50,338 bases of DNA, from positions 1-50,338 of IMG/VR virus record IMGVR_UViG_2162886015_000003, one strand, 5' to 3'. Every line of letters begins with the position of its first letter. Positions within the stretch are counted from its first letter, which is position 1. Positions 33,846 through 42,916 of the stretch are shown here, piece by piece. The stretch is from a virus (lineage: Duplodnaviria; Caudoviricetes). A program made the translations under genes and the position numbers. Below the pieces are notes generated by a model that saw only the letters and a program-made list of their open reading frames with translations, was not told where the DNA came from and searched no databases.

Positions 33846-34154
33846 TCAGTAGGTCGTCGGCTGCGCAACGGCACGCGTGAGCGCCATATAGCCCTGCTGC
33901 AGATGGTCATCGGCGAGGCAAATCCAACGCCACGGCCCTGCATCGTGCCCCGCATAGATAGCGGAACCCTCGACCAGTTCACCGGGTTCACCGACCGGAC
34001 ATTCGATCAGCGGAAGCACTGGCGTGACGACTTCACGCACCGCCTCGACGAGCGCGCGCGTTTCTTCGGCATGCGCCTTGATGCGGTTCATGAGGTCAAT
34101 CTCAGCTTGCGACAGATCGCGATAGACCTTGATTTGCTTGTGTTGGTTGTCCAT
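33846..34154 (-). CDS. acb2: Anti-CBASS protein Acb2-like cyclic-nucleotide sponge
   Basis: MDNQHK.IK.YRDLSQ.EID.MNR.K N-terminus and P.RW......Q.G.MA..RA.AQP C-terminus match Acb2 as recalled. Confidence 0.88.
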   Translation of the reverse strand: MDNQHKQIKVYRDLSQAEIDLMNRIKAHAEETRALVEAVREVVTPVLPLIECPVGEPGELVEGSAIYAGHDAGPWRWICLADDHLQQGYMALTRAVAQPTTY

Positions 34155-34160
34155 GCTTCA

Positions 34161-34604
34161 TTACTCCGGTTGGTTGAGTTGAATTCCCATCTTTCTCGCG
34201 CGCCGCGGCAACCAGCGCTCAAACCCTGCATCGAACCGCGCGAACTTCTCCTCGCGCGGTGCCGACCCCTGATCCAGCCATTGGTGGCACAACATGCAGC
34301 CGGGCAGTGTGCGGGCGTGATTCGCTTTCAGGCCCATACCCTTCCCTGCGCTAAGCCGGTTGTCGTGACACGGCACAACCGTTGGATCCGCCCAATCTGA
34401 CCGGGCACACTTCACATTCAGGTAGCACGGCTCGCCACGGCAAGCCGCCAGATACTTCGCCCCTTCTGCAACCGTTACGCGCTTCTTTCGCGTCTTGAGT
34501 GCCTTCGCGCGCAGCACTGTTTTGGTAGCAAAAGAGGTTTTGAAAGCTTTGGATGGTTCGGGCTTTTTGAAGCTGGTTCTTTTTAAGGGTGTGGAGCGCT
34601 TCAT
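34161..34604 (-). CDS. DUF1364 (YbcO-like) nuclease-fold protein
   Basis: RGEPC, TVVPCH, GKGMGLKA and GC..CH..LD motifs. Confidence 0.8.
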   Translation of the reverse strand: MKRSTPLKRTSFKKPEPSKAFKTSFATKTVLRAKALKTRKKRVTVAEGAKYLAACRGEPCYLNVKCARSDWADPTVVPCHDNRLSAGKGMGLKANHARTLPGCMLCHQWLDQGSAPREEKFARFDAGFERWLPRRARKMGIQLNQPE

Positions 34605-35860
34605 GTTGCGAGCTCCGCTATGGCTTCTTCGGTTGCACAGATGAATTCGGCCGCTTGATGCGGGTTTATTGCATTTCCGTATCCGCGCAGGGCTCCAACT
34701 CGATAGGCCTTTGCTCGCTTGAGGCTTGCGGCATCAAGGCCTGCCATTTCAGCCAGTCGGCGCTGTTCGGCGCTGAGCTTGCCCATTCCGGCGGGTAACC
34801 CATCAACCAGCGGGAATGCTCCGGGTTCAACTGGCCGCCACTTTTCATCCCGGCAGAAGAGCCAATCAGCAACTCGCCAGAAGCCGTTCGTCGGGCCGGC
34901 TGCATCGGGTGCGGCTGCGCTTGCTCGATCGCAGACAGACCCATTCCGTTGCCCGTCTTGCCCGCATATTTCTCCTTCAGAGCTGCCCGCCGCGCTTCCT
35001 TGGCCTCGACGTTCCCTTCGTTCGTGTGCGCTGTCGGCGTCGCCCAGCTCGCCAGAGCCGCTATTTGATTCAAGGGCTTGCCCGTATCCCACGGTCGGGC
35101 ATCCATCGCCCCGCGGCGCATGTCCGATACCGTCGGCGTCGGCCAATGCGCAAACTGCGCCACATGGTTCAGACTCACTGCCACCTTCCGACCATCTGGC
35201 GTCTTGCCGGTCGGACTCAGCCCCTCGAATGACTGCGAGCCCATCGCGTTGCCGACCGTAGGTGTTGGCCAACCGGCCAGCCAAACTGCTCGACCGAGAA
35301 GCGCGTTCACCTCGACGTTGCGACACTCCGCGCCGTCCTTGTGATCGCGCGTAGTCGGCGTCGGCCACGAAGTAAGCGCGGTCTCTGATGTGCGGCGCAC
35401 CGACGCTCGCAGACGGAAAAGGATCCGCCCCGCAGGCGTAACCAGCGGCTTCCAGGTCAGTGAAAACAAGGTCGAGCCAAGGTTCGACGTCCTTGCTCGC
35501 AACCTGCTCTCCAAAGATTTTTGAAGGTCGGCGCTGCGTGATGAGCCAGTCCCACAGGGGCCAAAGGTGCCGCTCGTCAGCAAACCCAAGTCCCGCGCCT
35601 GCCGAGGAGAAAGGTTGGCAAGGACAGGAACCGCTCCAAACAGGTCGGTCATCAGGCCATCCGGCGAGTCGAAACGCGAGCGGCCATCCACCGATGCCAG
35701 CGAAGAAATGGCACTGGGTGTATCCGCGAAGGTCGTCTGGTCGAACATCCTCTATGCTCCGTTCATCTACGTCGCCGGCGGCGATATGGCCCGCTGCTAT
35801 CAGGTTGCGCAGCCACTGGGCGGCGTATGGGTCGATCTCGTTGTAATAAGCGCCACTCAT
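34601..35860 (-). CDS. C5-cytosine DNA methyltransferase, catalytic (alpha) polypeptide
   Basis: FFAGIGG (I), GSCPCQPFS (IV), GEQV (VI), PHIRDR (VIII) and YGNAI (X); motif IX is absent from this frame. Confidence 0.9.
   Translation of the reverse strand: MSGAYYNEIDPYAAQWLRNLIAAGHIAAGDVDERSIEDVRPDDLRGYTQCHFFAGIGGWPLAFRLAGWPDDRPVWSGSCPCQPFSSAGAGLGFADERHLWPLWDWLITQRRPSKIFGEQVASKDVEPWLDLVFTDLEAAGYACGADPFPSASVGAPHIRDRAYFVADADYARSQGRRGVSQRRGERASRSSSLAGRLANTYGRQRDGLAVIRGAESDRQDARWSEGGSESEPCGAVCALADADGIGHAPRGDGCPTVGYGQALESNSGSGELGDADSAHERRERRGQGSAAGSSEGEICGQDGQRNGSVCDRASAAAPDAAGPTNGFWRVADWLFCRDEKWRPVEPGAFPLVDGLPAGMGKLSAEQRRLAEMAGLDAASLKRAKAYRVGALRGYGNAINPHQAAEFICATEEAIAELAT
34666..35748 (-). CDS. 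Nested methyltransferase beta polypeptide (four TRD-like WPTP repeats and motif IX)
   Basis: Alternative frame lying fully inside alpha; four W(P/A)TPT repeats; [15 protein letters not shown]. Start uncertain. Confidence 0.8.
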   Translation of the reverse strand: MFDQTTFADTPSAISSLASVDGRSRFDSPDGLMTDLFGAVPVLANLSPRQARDLGLLTSGTFGPCGTGSSRSADLQKSLESRLRARTSNLGSTLFSLTWKPLVTPAGRILFRLRASVRRTSETALTSWPTPTTRDHKDGAECRNVEVNALLGRAVWLAGWPTPTVGNAMGSQSFEGLSPTGKTPDGRKVAVSLNHVAQFAHWPTPTVSDMRRGAMDARPWDTGKPLNQIAALASWATPTAHTNEGNVEAKEARRAALKEKYAGKTGNGMGLSAIEQAQPHPMQPARRTASGELLIGSSAGMKSGGQLNPEHSRWLMGYPPEWASSAPNSADWLKWQALMPQASSEQRPIELEPCADTEMQ

Positions 35861-36216
35861 CGCGCCACCTTCCGCGCAATCTTCTGGCATCGCGGGCACT
35901 GCCACACCAGGTGCGATCCAGCCCAGAATGATGTTGATGTAGCGTCAGGAGCGGTATGGCCGAATAAGCGGCAAATTAGGCGCTTTATCAATCCCACTTT
36001 GATCCAGTGGGTATAAAAGCCGCGCACCCATGAAAGCGCGTAGAGGAAGCACAGCGCAAAGATTCCGTACTGACCGGCCTTCCACGTCGCCCAGAACCAG
36101 AACGGCTGTGATGCGATGCCAAACAGGCACGCGTAGCGCCGAACCGATTCGCGTTTGTCCTGCGACAGAAACACGGCAGTGACGCCACAAAGGCCGATTG
36201 CGATTTGGTCGATCAT
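35857..36216 (-). CDS. Small membrane protein with C-terminal CRLFGH...CPRC motif
   Basis: Three hydrophobic segments; ATGA overlap with the methyltransferase. Confidence 0.7.
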   Translation of the reverse strand: MIDQIAIGLCGVTAVFLSQDKRESVRRYACLFGIASQPFWFWATWKAGQYGIFALCFLYALSWVRGFYTHWIKVGLIKRLICRLFGHTAPDATSTSFWAGSHLVWQCPRCQKIARKVAR

Positions 36217-36219
36217 GTC

Positions 36220-36378
36220 TCAATAGCTCCTATGCGGATTCTGTTTCGCGTCACGCTCGGCTTTCTCGCGTTCGACACGCCAGCGCGCCTCCCTTGCGGT
36301 TTCATTACGTGGCGCCGGGCGCTGGTCGTGCTGCTCGCGGATCGCTTTGGCCTGATCGCGTATGAGTTCGTCGCTCAT
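36220..36378 (-). CDS. Small charged protein (52 aa, MSDELIRDQ...)
   Basis: Found manually; ATGA overlap with the upstream stop and fills the gap between genes. Confidence 0.55.
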   Translation of the reverse strand: MSDELIRDQAKAIREQHDQRPAPRNETAREARWRVEREKAERDAKQNPHRSY

Positions 36379-36998
36379 ACCGATTGCCTCGCGACACGAA
36401 CCATGGATGTGATGACGTGGAATGCAGTGAGGTCGTACTGGGGCCAGCGCGTTGCCGGCAGACGGTATTGCTCGTCTTTCGTCCGATCATCAACCACGAC
36501 GCGCTTTGGCTTTGGATCCACTTTCGGGCGAACGGGCCTCTTCACGGCCACTTTTACCGGCGCATCGTCGCGGCGGCGTTCCCGTCTGCGCCGTTGATAG
36601 ACCTTCATCGGCGTATGCATCGGTTCCGGGCGAACAGCGTTGACACCAGGGCCGGCCTTGAACACGAAGTTGCGACCCACACCCACATACGAATCGATGT
36701 GATAGTCGACGCCGTTCGTCGCGAGGCGCATCTGGTCAAGGATGTATTTTCGGCGGCCGCCGAGTGCTTTCTCGATTTCGGCGGCGGTACGCGGCTTCCC
36801 GTCGGCCATCAACTCGTGAACGCGATCCATCAGCGTTTTCCTGGATAGCCCGAGGTAAAGGGCGCGCTGCACCGCCGCGTCGTATGAGCGGCCCGGTAGT
36901 CGGTGCATCTGTGACTTCAACGTCACCAAAGAGCCATATGCCTCGCGGATAACCGCGTCCTCGGCTGCCGTGTATCCATTCAGATTGCTGCCCATCAT
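36375..36998 (-). CDS. Hypothetical protein, probable HTH
   Basis: Coupled overlaps; LPGRSY.A...RA..LGL motif. Confidence 0.7.
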   Translation of the reverse strand: MMGSNLNGYTAAEDAVIREAYGSLVTLKSQMHRLPGRSYDAAVQRALYLGLSRKTLMDRVHELMADGKPRTAAEIEKALGGRRKYILDQMRLATNGVDYHIDSYVGVGRNFVFKAGPGVNAVRPEPMHTPMKVYQRRRRERRRDDAPVKVAVKRPVRPKVDPKPKRVVVDDRTKDEQYRLPATRWPQYDLTAFHVITSMVRVARQSV

Positions 36999-37627
36999 TT
37001 GATCTCCTTGATGGTTATCCCGCGTGCGGCCATCAGGTGGCGCTTTATGCGGTACCCCTCGGTTACGCGGCCCTTCACGTCTTCCACCGTCTGACTGTCT
37101 TCGCCAGCCTTCACGTAGACGAAGTCAGCGACATAACGGAGCGCGGGTCGCTTGCGTCCGTCGATCACAACCGCTGGCGCAAGCACGAACGGGACTTGCA
37201 GCTCGAGTTCGCTGATCTCGCCGCGCGTCTGCATGATCACAAGGTCATGCCAGCGCATCATTTCCCGCTTGCTGTCGAACTTGACGCCGCCGCTCTCGCA
37301 CTTCTGGTTGCCGTATTTAGGCTTCTTCGCCGGGCCTGCGGGCTTCGTCAGGCGCTTGATAGCCTTCCCGAGCGGCGCCGGCTGGCCGATCTGCGCAGCG
37401 GTCTTTGCGGAAGTCTCGACGCTCTTCGCAATCGAAACGGGGCCGGCCGTCGCGCCGTCGAATCCGTCTGCAACCTCATCGAATGTGCTATGCGGCGCAT
37501 TGCCGGTGCGGCGCATCAGTTCTCGTTCAGCAAAGCTGCGGCCAACCGTCTTGTCTTCGCGCACGCGCGCCGTGCCGACGGTCTTTGTCCCTTCTGGGTA
37601 TCGAAGTGAGGTTGAGCGGCTGGTCAT
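36995..37627 (-). CDS. DUF1064 family PD-(D/E)xK nuclease-like protein
   Basis: KYGN, FDSKRE, LELQVPF, YVADFVY and VEDVKG motifs. Confidence 0.88.
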   Translation of the reverse strand: MTSRSTSLRYPEGTKTVGTARVREDKTVGRSFAERELMRRTGNAPHSTFDEVADGFDGATAGPVSIAKSVETSAKTAAQIGQPAPLGKAIKRLTKPAGPAKKPKYGNQKCESGGVKFDSKREMMRWHDLVIMQTRGEISELELQVPFVLAPAVVIDGRKRPALRYVADFVYVKAGEDSQTVEDVKGRVTEGYRIKRHLMAARGITIKEIK

Positions 37628-38271
37628 GCACTCTCCAGCATCGGAACCGGCCGCGCGGCCGCATCAGCTTGCGTCATACGCGTGAAGCCGAGCGCCGGCT
37701 TGTCATGACCCGCGAGCATCACGCGTTTCGCCAGGTCGGCATTTCCGATCAGCACCGGCGGTTGGCTTTGCAGCCCTGCGCGATTGTTCTGCGCCTCGGC
37801 GATACCGACGAGAACCGGCAGGTATTCGGGCGTCTCGCTACGCGACCGGTAGCCTCGATAGCGATTCACAAACTCCTTGCCGACGAACGGCCATTCATCT
37901 TCATTCTTGCCGCCCACCAGCACCCAGCCGCCCATGTCGATGATCACCCGGTGAATCACGGCGTCGTCGAACACGACGCTGTTGTACGTGCCACAGGAAC
38001 GCACCGCGCGGTCAACCTTCGCCCATGCAACCAGCGCGGCATCCTGCGTTGAACCCTGCAGCATCTTTACGATGTCGGCGGGGAACGGCATGAACTGGCC
38101 TGAATCCGGGTTGACGCTATGGCGCCCGAGCGCATCCGATACAGCAGCGAGGTCGTATTGCTGAAGCGCCTGCCACCAGACGCCGCCAGAGAAATCCGAG
38201 AAGTCGCGACGGTAGAACGCGTGCACGTCGGCGACCAGCGCGATGAAGGCGCCGTGATCATTCGGGGTCAT
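37624..38271 (-). CDS. Replication-associated protein (DUF6475-like)
   Basis: H..NPD.GQFMP.PAD, SVVFDD..IH.VI..MGGW and F..RY motifs; follows the initiator. Confidence 0.75.
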   Translation of the reverse strand: MTPNDHGAFIALVADVHAFYRRDFSDFSGGVWWQALQQYDLAAVSDALGRHSVNPDSGQFMPFPADIVKMLQGSTQDAALVAWAKVDRAVRSCGTYNSVVFDDAVIHRVIIDMGGWVLVGGKNEDEWPFVGKEFVNRYRGYRSRSETPEYLPVLVGIAEAQNNRAGLQSQPPVLIGNADLAKRVMLAGHDKPALGFTRMTQADAAARPVPMLESA

Positions 38272-39119
38272 TGCGCTGCTCCCTGTTGGGCTTGAAACTT
38301 TGCCGCGACGCGCGCCGCGACCTCACGATTGCGGGCCTCAAGCGCCTCCTGCTTGTTCGGCGCAGCAGAAGCGTGGGCGCCAGCGCTCCCCGCCGCGATC
38401 CACTTGGCTTTAAATCCCGCCCAGTTCGACTCGACTGCATGCTTGACGGCCTGTGCAGGCGTCATTCCGCATGCGGCAGCCTCTTCCTTTACGGAATCCC
38501 AGGCGGTGGGGGTGAGTGGCAGACGTTTCGCCTTGCGCAGCGTCAGCCAGTCGCGCGCATGCTTGCGGTCTACGCCTTCAGCCACCAGAGCGGTTGCGTT
38601 CAAGGGCTTGGCGTCGTCTGATTCACCAGCGGTTGACGAAGAATCAGCAGCGCGCTTGCGCGTCCGCGTCGTTTTTTCGCCTTTGTTTTTATCTTCTTCT
38701 TTATCTGTATCTGTATCTGTATCTTGGGCCGTCACATCACCGTCACCGGAACGTTCTTGTGACGTCACAGTGACGTTTGGCTCTTGTTTCATTCGCTCGC
38801 GATACGCGCGAGTGCGCCCGGCGCTTGAGTCCGATTGCATCTGACGGTCTTCCCACCCGATCGGCTGGAGCGTCTTGGCGTCGACGAGACCGACCTCGGC
38901 CAAACGTCGAGCGACCTCCTCAAGCGTGCGCACGTCGATGCCGAGCTTCACGGCAACCTTGCGCATTAGCAGCGGGCCATCTTCCTCAAGGATGCCCTGC
39001 CCTTTGCAGCACAGGAGCGCGACAAAGTGCCAGCGATCCTCGAAGGCGAGCAGGCGCAGCTTTTCATCATCCACGGCTTCGATGTACATGCGAAACCACG
39101 GCATATTCTTGATGCTCAT
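38268..39119 (-). CDS. Replication initiator (lambda O-like)
   Basis: WFRMY....D.K N-terminus, W..RQ..SDSS..R.RAYRER, DTDTDTDKE linker and C-terminal W.GF.A.W. Confidence 0.8.
   Translation of the reverse strand: MSIKNMPWFRMYIEAVDDEKLRLLAFEDRWHFVALLCCKGQGILEEDGPLLMRKVAVKLGIDVRTLEEVARRLAEVGLVDAKTLQPIGWEDRQMQSDSSAGRTRAYRERMKQEPNVTVTSQERSGDGDVTAQDTDTDTDKEEDKNKGEKTTRTRKRAADSSSTAGESDDAKPLNATALVAEGVDRKHARDWLTLRKAKRLPLTPTAWDSVKEEAAACGMTPAQAVKHAVESNWAGFKAKWIAAGSAGAHASAAPNKQEALEARNREVAARVAAKFQAQQGAAQ
38690..38776. other. Putative replication origin (iteron-like GTGACG/CGTCAC repeats next to an AT-rich tract)
   Basis: CGTCAC at 38730 and 38741, palindrome TGTGACGTCACA at 38758-69, GTGACG at 38770; adjacent (ATCTGT)n run within the initiator gene. 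Confidence 0.5.
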
Positions 39120-39376
39120 GCGGCAGCTCCCAGCTTGACGCGATAGAAGCCGATACCATGTTGAATCGAGTACTCAACGAGGCCGGCCTTGATCAGCGAA
39201 TGGATCTGGGAGCGCACGGCGGACGCTGACAGGCCGCATTTCGCCGACAGCACGCGATTCGACGGACTGCATTCGCCGGTTGACTGCACAGCGAAGTCAG
39301 CGAGCGCGAGCAGGACGATCTTCGACGTATGGCCGAGATCCTTCTGCCAGGCGAGATTAACGAGGTGATGGCTCAT
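39116..39376 (-). CDS. HTH_36-type winged-helix protein
   Basis: KIVLLALADFA...C.PS...L...CGLS...V...I..L...GL pattern. Confidence 0.8.
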   Translation of the reverse strand: MSHHLVNLAWQKDLGHTSKIVLLALADFAVQSTGECSPSNRVLSAKCGLSASAVRSQIHSLIKAGLVEYSIQHGIGFYRVKLGAAA

Positions 39377-39383
39377 GAATGCC

Positions 39384-39566
39384 TCAGTGGTCGCACGGCA
39401 GAGTGCCGTCGATGGATTGATATGCGCCGCAGGAGAGGCAGGTTTTGGCGCTGATCAGCCGGGCCTGTTCGGCGGGCGTCAGGTTGCAACCCTTCGTGAC
39501 GCCGCGGAACATCTCAACGAGGCGGTTCGTTTCCTCATAGCGGGCGAGCAGTTCGAGATTGGTCAT
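39384..39566 (-). CDS. Small Cys-containing protein (60 aa)
   Basis: TGATG coupling; CLSCGA...PCDH motif. Confidence 0.6.
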   Translation of the reverse strand: MTNLELLARYEETNRLVEMFRGVTKGCNLTPAEQARLISAKTCLSCGAYQSIDGTLPCDH

Positions 39567-40297
39567 CAAGCCTCCAGACGCTGGACTTCGCACGCCAGAG
39601 CGCCGGCGTATTGGCAGCAATAAAGCTTGTGAAGTTCGGTTTTGCGCTTTTCGAACGGGAGGCCGAAGTCGATAAGCGATGCGTTGTAGCGTTGAAGATG
39701 GGTGATGCACTTGATTTCAAGGGCGGTCAGCGTGTCGCGGATCGAATCGTCAGGCCCGAGCCCATGCGCAGCGCGGTATTGCTTGGCAGACATGCCGAGC
39801 GCGACGCGGTTGATCAGGTCGAACTCGTTGACGAAGTGGTAATGCTCCACTTCCTTACCTGCGACCTTGCGCGAGTGGATCACGGCATCGGTCAGCGCCG
39901 GCGCCTCGAGGCGGGCAGCCTGCCGATCGGCTTGCCGGCGAGCAATGCGAACAGCCGCATCAAGGGCGCCAGTCGCGAGCGCATCGTAGGCGCGAATGAC
40001 TCGCACCTGGAAGGCCGGGCTGATCCACATCGCGTAGGCGTAGACCAGTTCCTTGCATGCATATGTACCGCCGTACCGACCGGCGCGCGATACGAGGGGA
40101 TCAAATTCTAATTCCCCATTTTTCCGGAGTTCCTCGACCAGCCCTTGAGTGGAGTCGTTGCGGGTGAAATGCTCGACCTGGGTGGTTTTGTAATCGTGAC
40201 CTGCCGCAACTGCAGCCTTATGAAAGTCGTTCAGGCTGAATCGCCCAGCGTTGTCAGCGTGAATGCTCACGCCCGCGATCTCGATCTGGTTGTCCAT
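39566..40297 (-). CDS. KilA-N domain protein (antirepressor-like)
   Basis: GRFSLNDFHKAA and GGTYACKELVYAYAMWISPAF..VIRAYD motifs. Confidence 0.9.
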   Translation of the reverse strand: MDNQIEIAGVSIHADNAGRFSLNDFHKAAVAAGHDYKTTQVEHFTRNDSTQGLVEELRKNGELEFDPLVSRAGRYGGTYACKELVYAYAMWISPAFQVRVIRAYDALATGALDAAVRIARRQADRQAARLEAPALTDAVIHSRKVAGKEVEHYHFVNEFDLINRVALGMSAKQYRAAHGLGPDDSIRDTLTALEIKCITHLQRYNASLIDFGLPFEKRKTELHKLYCCQYAGALACEVQRLEA

Positions 40298-40587
40298 CAG
40301 AATTTCTCCGATAGGCAAGCGCAATTGCGCACTGCGGTCTCGAGGCGGCGTTGCGCGTTACGCTGGGCGCCGAGCGCGTCTTGCAAGGCCAAATACGTCT
40401 TGCGGGTCGACCGGCGGAACTTCGGATCACCCTTGGCGGCGTAGTTGCCACGGCAATTGCGTTCGCGGAATAGCGCACACGAACCACGGTATTCCGAGCG
40501 CGCACGCCGAACAGCCAGCGCGAGCTGGACATACTCTGCGGCACGCTGGGCGACGACATCTTTCGTCCAGAGCGAATTACTAGGCAT
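40297..40587 (-). CDS. Hypothetical basic protein
   Basis: AGGAG RBS; TGATG coupling. Confidence 0.7.
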   Translation of the reverse strand: MPSNSLWTKDVVAQRAAEYVQLALAVRRARSEYRGSCALFRERNCRGNYAAKGDPKFRRSTRKTYLALQDALGAQRNAQRRLETAVRNCACLSEKF

Positions 40588-40689
40588 GGGATCTCCTGAC
40601 GCCTGCCGGCGTTAAGGACAACTAATCGCGAACATAAGAGGCCTGACCTGTCAAGCTGCTTGTGTTTGAGATTGAACCCCCGGTACTAC

Positions 40690-40884
40690 TCAGTCCCTAC
40701 TTGTCCCAGCCAGGGCAAATTCAAATGCTGCGACTTCCGGGTGCATAGGCCCGTAAGCGCTTCTCAGGACGTGATACCCGAGATATTTCTGAGTCGACAT
40801 ACCCAGCTTTGCCGCGATGCTCGCCAGTTCTCCTGCTTCGGGTACAGGGAGCGACGCAACCATGCTGGTAAAGCTTTCTGTCAT
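40690..40884 (-). CDS. Small hypothetical protein (possible RHH)
   Basis: ATGA overlap with the upstream gene. Confidence 0.6.
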   Translation of the reverse strand: MTESFTSMVASLPVPEAGELASIAAKLGMSTQKYLGYHVLRSAYGPMHPEVAAFEFALAGTSRD

Positions 40885-41102
40885 GCAGCCACCGCGCGCC
40901 CGGTCCGGGACGGTACTGCACTGACCCCAACAAGATTTGAGGGCAAAGTTCCAACCGTGCCAAACAGAAACAGTTTCGTGATGCGTGCAAGTGCGGCGGA
41001 ATCAGTGTCGATGCCGTTGAGTGCCTTGAAGGCCTGCATACCCTCATACACAGGGTCTTCGAGGCGCGTTTTCACTTCATTTCGATATACAGCGCGAGAC
41101 AT
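40881..41102 (-). CDS. Small regulator in CII position
   Basis: AGGAGG RBS; first gene after cro. Confidence 0.6.
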   Translation of the reverse strand: MSRAVYRNEVKTRLEDPVYEGMQAFKALNGIDTDSAALARITKLFLFGTVGTLPSNLVGVSAVPSRTGRAVAA

Positions 41103-41142
41103 GGAAACCTCCTTTCAGATGATGATTTGTGAAATTAACCCC

Positions 41143-41454
41143 CTACTCCAAGGAAGCCCTCGCGAGCTTTCTGTCTTTATTCGTTCCGCCAACGGGCGGC
41201 TGGGTATCGTCGCTTGCCTTCGCGCGCTCGACGACGTCGCCAGCAACCCAGCCAACCAGCTCATCCCGGCTCTCCCCGGTCAATTCCGCCAGCAATGTGC
41301 AATGCTGCGGCGGCACGCGGCCGGATGCTCGCCATTGCTGTACAACCTGATAGCCCGACAGTCCGAGCGCGCGTGCCGTAGCGGACAACGAACCAAAGTG
41401 CGCAATAGCGCGCTCCAAGGCCTCGTTTTTGGGGGTATGTTTGGTCGTATTCAT
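41143..41454 (-). CDS. cro: Cro-like (YdaS family) repressor
   Basis: ALERAIAHFGSLSATARALG...VVQQW...GRVP; divergent from cI. Confidence 0.85.
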   Translation of the reverse strand: MNTTKHTPKNEALERAIAHFGSLSATARALGLSGYQVVQQWRASGRVPPQHCTLLAELTGESRDELVGWVAGDVVERAKASDDTQPPVGGTNKDRKLARASLE

Positions 41455-41462
41455 GAGCACTG

Positions 41463-41532
41463 ATTCTATGCTAGAAAATCCAGTAGCACAAGAAAATCCT
41501 GCAATGACGCAAGAAAACCTTGCGGATACGAT
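41463..41532. promoter_or_regulatory. OR-like switch: three 13-bp operators and divergent promoters
   Basis: CTAGAAAATCCAG (41471), CAAGAAAATCCTG (41489) and CAAGAAAACCTTG (41510). Minus-strand TTGTGC-17-TAGAAT for cro; TACGAT -10 at 41527 for cI. Confidence 0.75.
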
Positions 41533-41539
41533 CCCGCGC

Positions 41540-42256
41540 ATGAACATCCATAAACGAATAAAGGAACGCCGGGAGCTTCTCGGTCTTTCCATGGAGGCGC
41601 TCGCCGCTCTCGTGGGGGTCAAGGCGTGGCAGACGGTCCAACAATGGGAAAAAGAAGAAGGGGGGACAGCCCCTAAGCGCGAGCGTTTAAAAGCGGTCGC
41701 CGATGCTTTGAAGACAACCCCGGAATACCTCTTATTCGGCCGATTGCATGCGCCCGCTGGAGAGGACACTTCAGGGACGGGGAGCGCCGCCGGCGCGACA
41801 CCCCTTCCCAATCAGCCGATTCCCCTCCAATATTCGGTACGCGCTACAAGGTTCAGGCGCATATACGTAGTGGGTCGAGCACAAGGCGGATTGCCTGAGA
41901 GAATCTGGACCGACGGGGACTACCCAGTGGGCGCAACTGATGAATATGCAGAGATCGCATCAAGCGATCCGCATGCGTTTCTTATTCCTGTAGTCGGCAC
42001 TTCAATGGTGCCGCGCTATAACCCCGGCGAATTTGCATTCGTCGAACCCGGGACCGAGCCCGAACTTGAGGATGATGTGCTGGTGCGACTTGCGACCGGC
42101 GAAACGATGATAAAGAAGCTCATTTCGCGCCGCGGAGGCATCCAGCTCGCTTCGTACAATGAGCCGGGTTCCCTGCTATACAAGCCAGAAGAAATCACCT
42201 GGATGTATTACGTCGCCCATCCTGTGCCGGCTCGAAAGATCAAGACGAGAATGTAG
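41540..42256 (+). CDS. cI: CI-like repressor (HTH + S24 peptidase)
   Basis: RIKERRELLGLSMEALA...TVQQWEK HTH; AQG-G cleavage region; GTSM.P Ser and IKKL Lys. Confidence 0.93.
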   Translation: MNIHKRIKERRELLGLSMEALAALVGVKAWQTVQQWEKEEGGTAPKRERLKAVADALKTTPEYLLFGRLHAPAGEDTSGTGSAAGATPLPNQPIPLQYSVRATRFRRIYVVGRAQGGLPERIWTDGDYPVGATDEYAEIASSDPHAFLIPVVGTSMVPRYNPGEFAFVEPGTEPELEDDVLVRLATGETMIKKLISRRGGIQLASYNEPGSLLYKPEEITWMYYVAHPVPARKIKTRM

Positions 42257-42757
42257 ATGGCGATCGTCCATTTCTGCGGCGCCGCCGCCTCGCTGTGCCT
42301 GATCCTATTTGGTGCCGGTCAAGCGGCAGCAGAGTGCCATTTGAAGGCCCGGACCGTCGTTATGTGTCAGGACCCAAAAAACGCAGCCGCTGCATATCAG
42401 GAGTTCGGGTTCAACGAAACGAGGATGAAAACCTCATACAACCTGCAGCTATTGCAGGAGTCGTGGTGCGCGACTGTCAGCGAATCGACGGCGCAACCCC
42501 GGAAGTTGGAGTTGTTTTCGTCCGGGAGGATTGCCACTTCCTCGGGCTGGGTCGACGTGATGCAAATCGGCTTTAAGCATGACGGCATAAACGACGTCCG
42601 GTATGTCGCGGCCGGCTATGTGAGCGGACAATGCCGACGGTATAAATACGACCCAACGCAGCAGCTCATCGACCCCGCAGCGCGGCGCTCCCCAAATCTG
42701 CCAAGCATCCCTCCCGACGGATACAAGATCCCTGAAAACGCTGGAGCGATGCCATAG
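42257..42757 (+). CDS. Exported protein co-transcribed with cI
   Basis: Signal-peptide-like N-terminus (AAA/EC); four Cys in the mature part; starts immediately after the cI stop. Confidence 0.7.
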   Translation: MAIVHFCGAAASLCLILFGAGQAAAECHLKARTVVMCQDPKNAAAAYQEFGFNETRMKTSYNLQLLQESWCATVSESTAQPRKLELFSSGRIATSSGWVDVMQIGFKHDGINDVRYVAAGYVSGQCRRYKYDPTQQLIDPAARRSPNLPSIPPDGYKIPENAGAMP

Positions 42758-42843
42758 GCATCGATGTTCGGTTTCGAACATTTGAGCCAAACTTTCGATT
42801 CAAAGACGATCGGTCCGCGCCGATCTTTTTTTGATCTCGCCCA

Positions 42844-42882
42844 CTAGTTTTTCTTGCATTACCAGTTTTACTGGCATATGAT
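42844..42882 (+). promoter_or_regulatory. PL-like promoter with two operators
   Basis: TTGCAT-17-TATGAT; CTAGTTTTTCTTG (42844) and CCAGTTTTACTGG (42862) match the OR operator pattern. Confidence 0.8.
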
Positions 42883-42916
42883 CCATCTCATGCACTAACC
42901 CATCAAGGGGACCGAG

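Noticed and set aside
40660-41463. 267-aa plus-strand ORF and long N-terminal extensions of cI and cro
   Set aside because: Antisense to cro and downstream genes, or run through the operator region; the HTH domains begin at 41540 and 41454.
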